DNA of 64,000 bases from Prorocentrum cordatum (lineage: Eukaryota). The stretch's first letter is position 1; the number at the start of each line of letters is the position of its first letter. Shown one piece after another: positions 32,659 through 43,900 of the stretch. The stretch is from the NCBI GenBank assembly GCA_963575745.1, contig CAUYUJ010000037.1, positions 248,001 through 312,000 of the forward strand, read 5' to 3'. The notes under the pieces are model-generated. The model was given only the letters and a program-made list of their open reading frames with translations. It did no database searches and had not been told where the DNA came from. Both the position numbers and the translations under genes were made by a program.

Positions 32659-32907
32659 ATGTCTGGTTTGTCCGCCCTTCCGTTCCTGACGGACAAGAGC
32701 AACCCCATCGGTTATTGCGTACAGGGCATGAAGGAGTTCGCCCACGACTCGCGCCGCCTCCTCCAGCGCTGCACCAAGCCCGACGCCAAGGAGTTCAAGA
32801 AGATCGCGGTGGCCTGCGCCATGGGCTTCGCCATCATGGGCTTCATCGGGTACACAGTGAAGCTGGTCTTCATCCCGATCAACAACATCATCGTGGGCGG
32901 CTCCTGA
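32659..32907 (+). CDS. SEC61G: Protein translocon subunit Sec61 gamma (SecE/Sss1 family), intronless
   Basis: [56 protein letters not shown] matches the well-known Sec61-gamma signature; intact 82-aa ORF. Confidence 0.95.
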   Translation: MSGLSALPFLTDKSNPIGYCVQGMKEFAHDSRRLLQRCTKPDAKEFKKIAVACAMGFAIMGFIGYTVKLVFIPINNIIVGGS

Positions 32908-34744
32908 GGCGGAGAGGGATCGGCCCGGGCGCCTGTGCGCAGACGAGGCGGGGGAGGCGGCAGCAAGGTCCGAGAGGCCCTTCCCTCCGCTGCCCTCGTG
33001 CCGCCCGCACTCGTGCCACGCCCGTCCTCCAGGGCGGGCGTACCCACAGACCTCCGCGCCCTTGTTTTCCAACGGTCCAGGGGGAGCCCTGGTGCCCTGC
33101 AGTGGCAGGGAATCTTTGATATACTGCCACATCGGGCACACTTGCCTCAACAGTGGCACGGCGAAGAAAAGAACAAACGGTTCTGGCAGAGGTTCTGAAG
33201 AGACTCGGGTGTTGGTTGCGCAGGACGTCGTGTTCGCCTAGCCAGGGTGTAACACGAAGCGTGGGGGACAAATGCAGGCTGTGGGCAGGTGGGATGCAAC
33301 ACGTACTTGTCATTCGAATACTTTCCATGTCGTTGTATCTTATGGTGATGCATTGTGTTGTTCTGAATGCGCATGCCTTCCGCAAACCGATACCTCCATT
33401 TTGGGTTGCGCCGTGCTCATTCGAGCATCCCCCTCGAGCATGTAAATCCCTTCTGGCTCCCCCAGCTCCCCTCCATCACCTCCGCAGGCGGGGCTGGTGG
33501 AAGGGCTGCTGGTGACCTCCCCAGGTCTGCGATGCGTTACATAGCCGCGGCTGCCCCTCTTGTTCTTTCTCCTCCTCTTCCTCCTCTTCCTCCTTCTCCT
33601 GCTGGCTCCATCTCTTCCTCCAATGCTCACCGTGTGGGACTTCCCCGGTACCGCGCAGTCGCGGGGGGGGGTCGTGTCCAGCGGCTTCGAACAACTCGTT
33701 CTAGGCCTTCGCGACATCGAGCACGAGTAACCCTGCGGCCCCAGGCCCGTAGAAGCAAGACAGACCTGCTCAAGCCACGAGCCCTCCTTCACTGCTCCCT
33801 CAGGGGCAACGTGAAAGGGGGATGGGCTCCAGAGGGGGTAGATCGACCTCAAATCGCCCATTCATTTCCTGATAGCCCACGTCGCAGAGGAACGTGTGAT
33901 GTTAGCCCAGAATTAGAATGCGGGACCCCCCCTCCCCCGTCCTCTCTCAGGGAGAGTGAGAAGCGCTCCCGGTGGTGAAAGATGTATTGTCTTCCCCTCG
34001 GTATTGTGATCTCCAGCCCGGTGTTTCAGCCTGTGCCGCCAGCTATATGCTTCGCGTGCTGTCGAGAGACGCGGTTCCGGCGATCTGGGGTCATTCTTGG
34101 CCCCAGCGGTTCTTCGTTTGCGGCGCATCGCCAATCAGAGCTCGATGCTTCCCACCCTGAGCTGGCCCCCCCACCATAGCGTTTCCCCTCAGCCAGGGGG
34201 GAGGGGAGAGGCCCTTCTCCTCCTCCTCCTGACCCTCCCCCTCCCCCTCCCTTTCCTCCTCCCTGTCCTTCTGTCGCTACGCGATCAGGCAGATTCTCCT
34301 GCCATTCCCCCTCCTCCTGCCATTCCTCCTCCTTCTCCGCCCCCTCCTCCTGCCCTGTCCTCCTGCCATTCCTCCTCCTGCCACTCCACCTCCTGTCATT
34401 CCCCCTCCTCCTGCCATTCCTCCTCCTGCCCTTCCTCCTCCCTCTCCTCCTCCCCCTGGCCCTTCTTCTCCTCGCCTCCCTGTCGTTCTCCCCGTCCACC
34501 TGCTCCGCTCCCGCCACCGAGGCACCCACCCGCCTTGCCCCCGCGCGAGTGGCGAGCCCGGCAGGTGGCCAGACGGAAGGCGGAGGGCCTGCTGGAGGGC
34601 GACGTGCGCCACCTCAGCAGGCAGCCAGGAGAGAATGCCCACTGCTGGAAGCACGCCACATCATCCTCCTCCTCCTCCTCCTCCTCCTCCTCCTCGTCCT
34701 CGTCCTCCTCCTCCTCCTCCTCCTCCTCCTCCTCCTCCTCCTCG

Positions 34745-34766
34745 TCCGTAGCCATTTTGGCTCAAG
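34745..34766 (+). other. Perfect dinoflagellate spliced leader sequence (genomic copy)
   Basis: TCCGTAGCCATTTTGGCTCAAG fits DCCGTAGCCATTTTGGCTCAAG at 22/22. It is followed by cc rather than a GT donor, so it is not an SL RNA gene. Confidence 0.95.
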
Positions 34767-34836
34767 CCGTTCTGGGGCGAGCCAGGTGCTCGCTCTTGCG
34801 GGTGCAATCTTCAGAGCGGCGTGCCCCCGCGAGCCG

Positions 34837-35999
34837 ATGGCGAATGGAGTTGCAGGAGGCACGCGCGGTGCCAGCCAGGGTGGCGACCCCTGGACGTGCC
34901 GCTCGTGTGCTGCTGGCTACGTCACATGGCATGGCGCACGGAGTGCAGGCTCTGCAAGGCGGCGAGGCCGCCACGTGGCGCTGGCACGATCGGCGAGGCC
35001 ATCAACAAGGCCAAGGCGAAGGCCAAGGCCAAGGGGAAGGAGCAGGTCGTGGCGAAGCGCGTGCGTTTCGCCTCGGACGTGCCTGGGCCTGCCGCCGCCG
35101 CGGCCACGCCGGCGCCGTGGGCGCAGGGCGCGGCCAAGCGGGAGGCGGAGGAGCGGCCCAGCGGCAGTGGCGGCAGGGACGAGGAGGTTCGCCAGGCCCT
35201 CCTCCGCCACTTTGGCCCCAGGGAAGGCTGGTCGGCGGCCCTGGTCCAGGACTTCGGGGCCCTGGTGTCTGTGGAGGCCGCGCCGCCGCCAGCGAAGCCC
35301 TTGGCCGAGCTGTCGCTCCAGGCCCTCCTGGCCAGGGAGGCGAAGATCAAGGGCCAGGTCAGCCGTGCCGAGGCAGCGCTGGTGGCCGCCCAGGAGGAGC
35401 AGGCGGCCGTCGCGGTCCACGTGGCGGAGCAGGCGGACGTCCTCCAGAAGCGGCGCGACCAGCTGGAGGAGGTGGCCGAGGCTGTGCGCGCGAGGAAGCG
35501 CGCTGACCTGGAGCAGCACAAGGGGCCGTCGCCCATGGAGGTGGGCGAGCCCGTGGAGGCCGAGGACTGCTTGGGCAAGGTGCTGCTCAAGGGCCTCGAG
35601 GGCCTCGATGCGGAGCGGGAGAGGGTCCTCTTGCTCGGCGAGGAGGGCGGCGCCCTGCTCGCGATGGCCGCCGAGGCCCGCAGCCTCGTGGAGAAGCTCG
35701 CCGCCGCCGACGCCCGCGCTCGAGAGGCAGCGGCGGCCGAGCGGGCCCGCGCTGCTGCAGCCGCGGCCGAGCGGGCCGCCGCGGCACAGGAGGCCGCCCC
35801 CGCGGCTGATGGCAGTGATGACGGCGCTGATGGTTCTCCTGGGGACCGCAAGCGCGTCGGCGACCTCGACCTTGGCCCCGAGCTCGTCGGGCTCGACGCC
35901 GTGTTCGACGAGGTGGGCATGGAGGGCGAGCAGCAGCGCGCAGCCTGGCGCGCAGCGCAGGCCAAGCGCCAGCGGGTGGCAGGCCCGGCTTCTGGGTAG
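34837..35999 (+). pseudogene. LINE ORF1 with a RanBP2-like zinc finger and coiled coil; 1-nt frameshift near 34929
   Basis: MANG..WTCRSCAAGYVTW / WRTECRLCKAARP split across two frames, followed by A/E/R-rich helices. Confidence 0.75.
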
Positions 36000-38900
36000 C
36001 CGCCCGCGGGCGGCGGACGTGGTGGAGCTGGTATCGGCCAACGCCACCGCGTGGGGCTCGGCGCAGGCGCTGGTCGAGTGGCTGCACGACGACGTGGGGC
36101 GGCTGCCTGCGGTGCTCTGCCTCCAAGAGCATCGCCTCAAAGGCAAGCAAGCGATGGCCCGCGCGGCGGGCTGGATGCAGGCGCGCGGCTTCAGCTGGCA
36201 TGGCCAGGCAGCGCTGCCGGCGGGCTCAGGGCCGCTGGAGAGCTCGGGCGGAGTGGCCGTGGCCACGCTGCGGCCGTCGGCGGCCGCCGCCGCGCCAGGG
36301 CCCCCTGCCCATCGGTTCCAGGTGTGTGAGGTGAACCTGGGGTTCAGGGAGCCGCGCCGCGTCATCCCGGCCTACTTAATCACGAAGACAGGCAGGGCGA
36401 AGGAACATCGGGCTCCTGGCAGCGCTGCACGAGTTCGTGGGGCAGCTGGAGTCGCCGTGGGTCGTGATGGGCGACTGGAACATGGAGTCCGTGGGCGTCC
36501 ATGAGTGGGCGCGCAGCGCAGGCGGTGCGCTCGCGGGCCCAGAGGGGCCGACCTGCGGCTCGAAGGTCTTCGACTTCGCGGTGGTCAGCAGGGTCCTCAC
36601 GGGCTTTGTGGGCGTGGCCGAGGTGCTGCCGAGGGCGCCGACGAAGGACCACGCGCCGTTCAAGGTGGTGCTCCGCGGCGCAGGGCCCGAGGCGAAGGTG
36701 CAGCGGCCGCTCTTCCCTGCGGCCTTCCCGCTGCCGCTGCCGCCGCCAGCGCGGCCAGCGCCGCTCGAGCGCCCCTTCTCGGCCTGGAGGCTTGAGGGAA
36801 GGCAGTCGCTCGAGGAGGGCTGCCAGGAGTGGTTCGAGGCGGTCGAGGCCTACCTGATCGACCTCTACGAGATCGTGCCGCCCAGCCGCTGGAAGGGGCG
36901 CGTGGGCGGGCTTCGCGCGCAGAGGGTCGTGATGGAGGTAGCCTGGAAGCAGGGCTGCAAGAGGGGCGTCGGCGCTGCCTGCAGGCGCTGGATGTCGTTC
37001 GCGGCGGCATGCGCCCGCTGGCGCGCGCTGCAGGAGGCGGCGCCTGGAGGGCGCTGCTGGGCGCCGCTGCGCAAGCAGCAGGAGGTGCTGATGGCGTTCG
37101 AGCTCGAGTGGCCAGAGGATGGCCCGCTGGCAGGGCTGTCAGTGGCCCGCGTGATGAGCTTGCTCAGCTCCTCCTCGTGCCAGCTGACGGTGCAGTTCGT
37201 CCAGGAGGAGGCGAGGCGACGCTGGGGGCTGGACAAGCAGCGGAAGGCCGCGGAGTGGCGCGTCTGGGCTCAGGCTGCGGCCACCGAGAAGGGCGGCTCG
37301 GCGGCCTACCGCTTCATCAAGCAGGTCGCGGTGGTGCCCACGGAGGTGCTCGCGGGCGTGGACGGCAGCGACGACCTGCGCATGCCCGTCGCGGGCGAAG
37401 CTGCAGTGGCGGCGCTGCTGGAGGCGCGGCAGCCGCTCTGGGTCAAGCCGTCGCGGGCAGGCGAGGCAGCGCCCGAGAACTGGGACATCCAGGAGTCGGT
37501 GCTGCCGCCGCTGGAGCTCGAGGACCTCGAGCGCGTCCTGGGCACCTACCGCGAGGGGTGTGGCCTTGGGTGGGATAGGCTCCGCCCGAAGCAGCTGCTG
37601 CGCCTCCCGCGGACCCACGGGCAGCGCTTCCTGGAGCTCCTCATGGCCTGGGAGCGGAAGCCTTCGCGGGAGGCGTTGTGACAGCTGATCGTGGTGTTCA
37701 TCCCCAAGGCTACTGGCGGCCAGCGGCCGATCGGCCTCGCGGCCATCTGGCTGAGGGTCTGGAGCCGGCTGCGGCAGCCGCTGGTGGCCCGCTGGGAGGC
37801 CTCGCTGAAGAACCTTGCCTTCTGGGGCACGTCGGAGAGCCCGTGCGAGCGCGCGGGGGCGGTGCACAACCTCCTGGCGGCCTTTGCGCGCAGCAGAGGC
37901 CTCTCGGCGGCCACGGGCGTCACCGACCTGGCGAAGTTCTACGATCACGTCAGCCACGAGGAGCTGCGCGTGCAGGCGGCCGCCGCGGAGTTCTCGCTCG
38001 CGCTGCTGCAGTACTACTGCGTGTCGTACCGCACGCAGCGCCGCGTGTCTTGGCGCGGCTCGGTCTCCAAGCCGTTCGAGGCGAACGGCACCATCGTGGC
38101 TGGACGCAGCGGCGCGGCCGGGCTGGCCAAGCTGCTGGCGCACACCCTCTTCGTGAAGATCGTGCGGGGGAACCCTGTGGTGCGCCTGCAGAATGTCGTC
38201 GACGACGTGCTGCTGCAGGCGGTCGGTGGCAGGGCGCAGGTGGCGCAGCAGCTCCCCAGGGCCATGGCGGCCCTCACGGAGGGCCTGGTCGCCAAGGGGC
38301 TGGTCATCTCGCAGGCGAAGACGGGCTACCTGGCGAACAGCGAGGACCTCGGCGGCGACGCCGCTGATGGGCGCTGGAGGCGTGCGCGAGCAGGGCGCTC
38401 GGCTTGGCCGCGCGGCGGAGGTCAGCGCGAGAGCGCGCCTGCTGCGCAGTGCTGGTGCGCAAGTGGGTCACATCCAGAGAGGCAGCCCCGCGGCCGCTGC
38501 CATCTGGGGCTCCGCGGTGACGGGCCTCGCCCGTGGGAAGCTGCACGGCCTGCGGATCGCAGCCATGCGTGCGGAAGGCAGGCTGCCCATGGGCGCCAGC
38601 GTCGGCCTGCGGCTGCGGGCGATGCGCGGCGCGGCCTACCGCGACCCCTTCGCGGTGCATGCGGTGGAGGTGGCGCGCTCCTGGGGCATGACGCTGGAGA
38701 CGGGCCTGCCCAGCGCCGCGGTGGTGCAGGAGTGCTGGCTTGGGGCGCAAGGCTTGCTCGACCTTCGCCGCCCCTGGGGACAGTGCCGCGACCCTGCGCA
38801 GGCATGCGTGCTGGCGCTGAGGCGGGTCGGCATCGAGATGGTGGCCCTCAATGCCGTCATAGACTGGCAGGCGCGCGTCCTCTCGCTGGAGTTCTACTCG

Positions 38901-40798
38901 CCTGGCATGCTGGTGCAGGTGGCGCGGGAGTCGGCGATGCTGGCCTCGGACGCGCTCGCGCTGAAGCGGCTGCGCGGGCCAGGAGCCTGGGCATGGCCAG
39001 TGCACTGGAAGGGGCTGGAGCGCCTCCTCCACGCGCGCCGCCGCCCCGAGGGGCAGGGCGACGCCGAGGCCGCTGAGGGCGCAGGCTGCCAGGAGCCCGC
39101 GCCGCCGCTGCCGCGCTGGCAGGCCCGCCACAGGCGAGCGCTCGCAGCGGTCCTTGGCGGCTCTCTCTGGCCGCAGGAGCGCCTCTGGAAGGAAGGCAAG
39201 GCGCGCGACGGCCTGCGCCGCCTCTGCGGAGGCCGTGGCACGCTGTGGCACAGGGCCTTCGAGTGCGAGGCCTGGCAGATGCTGCGGCGGGGTGCGTGCT
39301 CGCGGGAGCTGCTGGAGGGGGCGCGGCTGGTGGCGCAGCGCGGGGGCGCTGCGGCGGAGCTCTTCGCGCGGGCGCTGTGCCCCGACCCCGCCCTGGCTTT
39401 CCCTGCGACGGCCGACGCTGCGCTCGCGGCCCCGCGCTGGTTTGGAGCGCCGCCTGGCTCAAAGTTCGAGGGAAGGTCTTCGTGGACGGCAGCGCCAGGT
39501 TTCCTGCGCTGCGCGGGGCCCGCCGCGCAGGCTGGGCGGTCGTGCAGATCGGCCTCAGCGGGGAGGTCATTGGCGGGATGCACGGCATCGTCCCGCGGGC
39601 GTACGGGCCCAAGCAGGAGGCCAGGGACGGCGAGGACTACGCGTTCCACATGCTGGCCCAGTTCTGGTTGCCGTCGGCCGATGGCTCGGGCCTCGAGGTC
39701 TTCTGCGACTGCGCGGACACGGTCGGCTTGGCGCTCTCGCAGGGCAAGGCCCTCGCGCCACTGCAGGCGCGCCGCCACCTCTGGCAGGAGCGGTGGGCCG
39801 GGCCAGGCCCGACGGCCACGGTGCGGAAGGTCAAGGCGCACAAGGAGCTCTCGGCAGCTGCCACCTGGGAGGGGGAGCTCCTGATCAGGGGCAACAGGGC
39901 AGCCGACCTGTGGGCCAAGCGAGGCGCGGCGCTGTGGCCGATCGACGAGGAGCTGGTCTGGTTCCTCCAGGCGTGCGCCTGGCGCGTGGAGGAGCTTGGG
40001 CGCTGGGTTGGCGAGCTGGCCGCCACCGTGGTGGGCCGAGAGCAGCTGGACTCAGACGGGGTCGTGGGCACGGCCGACCTCGTCTACGACATCCCGCAGG
40101 AGGCGCTGGACGCGGCGGAGCAGGCCGACGCGGAGGTGGCGGCGCTGGCGCTCGTGGCCGACCTCGAGCTCGGCCAGGCGCCTGGCGCCGCTGCTGGGGC
40201 TGCTGCTGGAGAGGTGCATGGCCAGGCGCCCGCCGCTGCCGCGGCTGCCGAGCTGGCGGAGGCGGCTGTGGCCGCTCCCGAGCTGAAGGCCGCGATTGCA
40301 GGAGCTGGTGTGGCGCGGGAGGTTCGCGGGCACTGCATCGTCGTCTCGCGCCTCGAGAATGGCGATGGGGCCGTGGCCTGGTGTATGAAGTGTGGTTGCC
40401 GATTCTGGAAGCGATCCCCTCCTGCTGGGACAGGCCTGCTGGGCAGCTGCAAGGGGCGGCCAGCCCCTGGCGAAAGAGCGGCGGAGGCGCGGCGGCTCCT
40501 GATGCGCCTCCAGGAGCCCAAGAGCAAGGCCAGGCTCTCGGCCCCGCAGCCGCCCACGCTGGAAGAGCAGGCGCGGCTCGTGGCGGTGCTCCGCGACGGC
40601 GCAGACGGCGAGGCAGGCGCGGGCGCTCCCGCTGGCGCAGGGAGGCCGCCGCGCTGGGGGCTGCGGCCAGTCGCGGCGGACGCCTGGCAGGCGGCGGAGC
40701 TCCACGGCTTCGCCTCGCCCGCCGCAGCGGCCTGCTGGGCGAGGGCCCGAGTGGCGGCGGGCAGGGAGTCGCCCTTCGGCGACGGTGGCGCGGACTGA
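36000..40798 (+). pseudogene. LINE ORF2: APE endonuclease, RT, RNase H
   Basis: SANAT, LCLQEH, GDWN, FDF, DHAP; FIPKATGGQRPIGL, DLAKFYD, VVDD; VFVDGS, EDYA, FCDC, KVKAH, GNRAADLWAK. Stop at 37679-37681; frame breaks near 36400, 38360 and 39470. Confidence 0.9.
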
Positions 40799-40908
40799 CA
40801 GCCGCGCTGACGGCACCTGGTTTAGCCTGCCGGCAGGGCGCCAGGGGGCCGAACAAAAAAATGACCCCAAAAAATGCTTCCTCCTCCTCGTACTTCTCTT
40901 GCTCCTTC

Positions 40909-43900
40909 TAGCCGTTCCGACTCCGGGTTGCGTTTGCTGCACCTGTCTTCAGGGCGGCGCCGCTGCGGCGAGCCTTTTGGCTTTGACTCGCTCTCTGCCT
41001 CCATCCGGAGGCAAGATGAGGACAAACGGAGCGGGCGCCGCCATGGTGCCTGCCCGCCGCTCGACCCCGCGGTGCTCCGCGGGCCGCGGCGTCCGACATG
41101 GGGATGCGGAAGATGCGCAGCCAACGCGGATAGGGCATCACGGATGTGCTGCCAGTGTGGGAATGCAGCCCCACTTCGGATCAGGAAGCTGGCTTGGGAC
41201 AGAGCACGACACTACTGTCCAGGGCGACAATTCTCCGCCGAAGAATGGTGCCAAGAGCGATGACACGACAAACAACTTGCCGAGCTGGAGGCGCTGCTCC
41301 ACATGTACAGTGGGGGCGCTCATCAAGAAACCATCTGCTTTTCGTCAGGGTACCCTGGGTTTCTTCGCTCCTCGCGCTGCGCGGTGACTTCCCGCGGCCG
41401 TTGAAGTAGCTGCTGCGTTCAGGATGCTCGGGTTTTTCCCCCAGGTGCACCTCGCGCGCGGGTTTCCAGGGCTGGGTTTCTTGCGAGGGTTTCTTGCGAC
41501 CGCGCCCGCATTGTACATCAGCAAGGACACGCCGCCGAATGGGGCCAATGGGCAGGTCAAACCGTCCATCCGCCGCCGCGGGGTGCACATGCTACTGATC
41601 TAAGCTCGACGCAGGCAAACTTCATCTGTGAAACTTGTGAGCGCAAGACCAACATAGAGTGACGGATTCCTCCCAGCTGGTCATGTATGACAGCGCGCTC
41701 AAGAATTCGATTGGGCCCGACGCCGACCCGATCCGCCAGGCAACAGTCACGAAGGTCAGTGATTTTCGGGATCAGCAAAAGGCCTTGCGCACGCCCGAGT
41801 TTCCGTACCGCAGGACGGCGCAGGACCTTCACAACGCGCGGCTCCAAAGGAATACGATGCAGACGGGAATACGCCAAAATCTTAAGCAATTGCAGCCTCT
41901 TAAGGAGTCTTTGGAGGCGAGGACCGACAGTACAGCTTGAAGCCAAGAAAGCTGACATTGCTGCTTTTGAAGACGCATGCACGCGCATGGCCGTCACTGC
42001 CGAGACCAAGGGCGAGGCCACAAACGAGAACCCCATGAATGTATAGTTCGGCGTTTTCCCCGAAGACGCCGAAGACGATGACATCAAGAGTTCCCTTGGG
42101 TCGCCCCAGCGGTAAGCAATCGAGGAAACCAGTCTGGTAAACGTCAAAACAAGTATCTCCAAGCCTGCTCCTAGGTCTCATGCTGCTGAGTCAGCTCCTC
42201 ACGACGACGCTGGTGGGCCGCAGGATGCTCCTGGACGGGCCGTCAAGCGAGCTTCTGATGAACTCAGAGAGGACGAACAGCGAAAACATGTTTGAGTGCA
42301 GCAAGGAGGCCAGTCTTAGCAGGTTTACACATTGTCTTCGTGAGCTTGCAAAGATACAGCGTACATCCCGATGGTCCAGATTGGGTGTGCAACGGCAGGG
42401 GGTTCGTCTCTGAGTTTGCCAATGTCCGCTGCGCAGGTCTGCCGATTGCTCTTGGACGCACGAAGACGATGCCCCTTCTTGAGTCCACGGGGACGTGTGC
42501 CTTCGAGTCTTTCAATGGTAATGGTGGCACGAAGTCTATACAAGACAAGATCAATCTATCCACGTCACATGTGTTATTGCTGCAGGAGGTCGGGGATCAT
42601 GCTGGCGACTTGGAATATCTTGGACAGCGTCGCGAGGATGAAATGTGATGGCGCGTCCTGGGACCGACGCGCAATAGCGTTACACATGTTGGAGTTGCAG
42701 CCCTATCTCGCAGCGATCTTGGATCACGGCCGCCAGATGACCGCGATCACCAAGTGATGGCCCGCTGATGTCAACCATCCACTTGCCTGGCAGGCGCTGC
42801 CTGGAACATGCAGGCGGAAGAGCTAGAGGCTCTGGATGTCCTGCGCATGTCCAATGTCACGGAGGTGGTGCCGGAGCTGATTTTGCGCAGAGGATGGCCA
42901 GGATCTACCGCGGTAGGTTGTTTTCCGCTCGATGATCAAGCGCTTCGGGGTTTCAGAGCGGCACGTGCTGATGCGCGATGGAGTCGCTGACCTGATGGGC
43001 CTGCGTTGCTTCACATGACTTCAAGGAGATCAATCACTTCATCTACACCGTCGCGCCTGCCCTACCAGCGGGGCCGATCATGAGGCCCCAACGCCGGGGA
43101 CCTGATTGGTCATGCCACAAGGCGCTGTTGTAGGCATGCCTGGATATAGCGAGTGATGCGACTCGTGGTGCTGCAGTGGCATGGGCCTCGCTGGATCCAA
43201 TGTGGGCCAAGTCTGCCGTCGCTGCCGCTGGCGAGGTGGCGCGCGCGACGGGCGCTGGCCTGACTGAGGCTGACGGTCTTGGACGCAATCTACAGCCGAG
43301 ATGGGTCGATGCGCCCCGCGCCGAGAGCCCCGGCGAGATGGCGACGGCAGTCGCGGAAAGTTGGCAATGGATGGCGACCTGTCTTTTGAGCAGCCATTGT
43401 TTCGCGGCGCGGAGAATCTAGAACATGTTCCGAGAAGGTTGCCAATTTCCCGACCATTCAGCGAGGCGGTCAAGGGCTGGGCGGGCGCTCGGATGCAAAG
43501 GCAGCCCAGGCGCGCGACGATGTTGGCAACATTCCTATGATTACGAGTGCCTTGGGGCAGTTTCTGGATGACATATCGGATGCTATAGAGCATGCTCAGA
43601 CGGCGATGCACCGGGGCGCCGGCGAGTCTCGGCCCAGGCGGTCCGTGGAAGCATCTAGCGAAGGAGTTCGAGGACTGCGCGGAGAAACCAAAATGAGAGC
43701 ATTCCTGGTTCCTGCCGCCTCGCAAGGTCGCGAGGGCGAGTGCTCCTGGTGACCCAGTGCAAATCGTTCAAGCATATGTCGATGCACGTCGTGAATTCTA
43801 GCAAGCGTCTGGCACTGCCCCTGGTGCCTGGGCGCCCGGGCGTTACTCGCGTTCGAGGCGAACGCCACGTGAGATCCGCTAAGTCGCGAGAACCTTCTCC

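Larger units (their letters stand above)
34745..40878 (+). mobile_element. Full-length LINE (ORF1 zinc finger/coiled coil; ORF2 APE-RT-RNase H), inactivated
   Basis: SL at the 5' end, A-rich 3' end (40853-40874), TSD tcctcctcctcgt at 34733-34745 and 40879-40891. Confidence 0.9.

Noticed and set aside
34745..34766. SL RNA gene
   Set aside because: No GT donor or SL intron follows; the SL is joined directly to the LINE 5' UTR.
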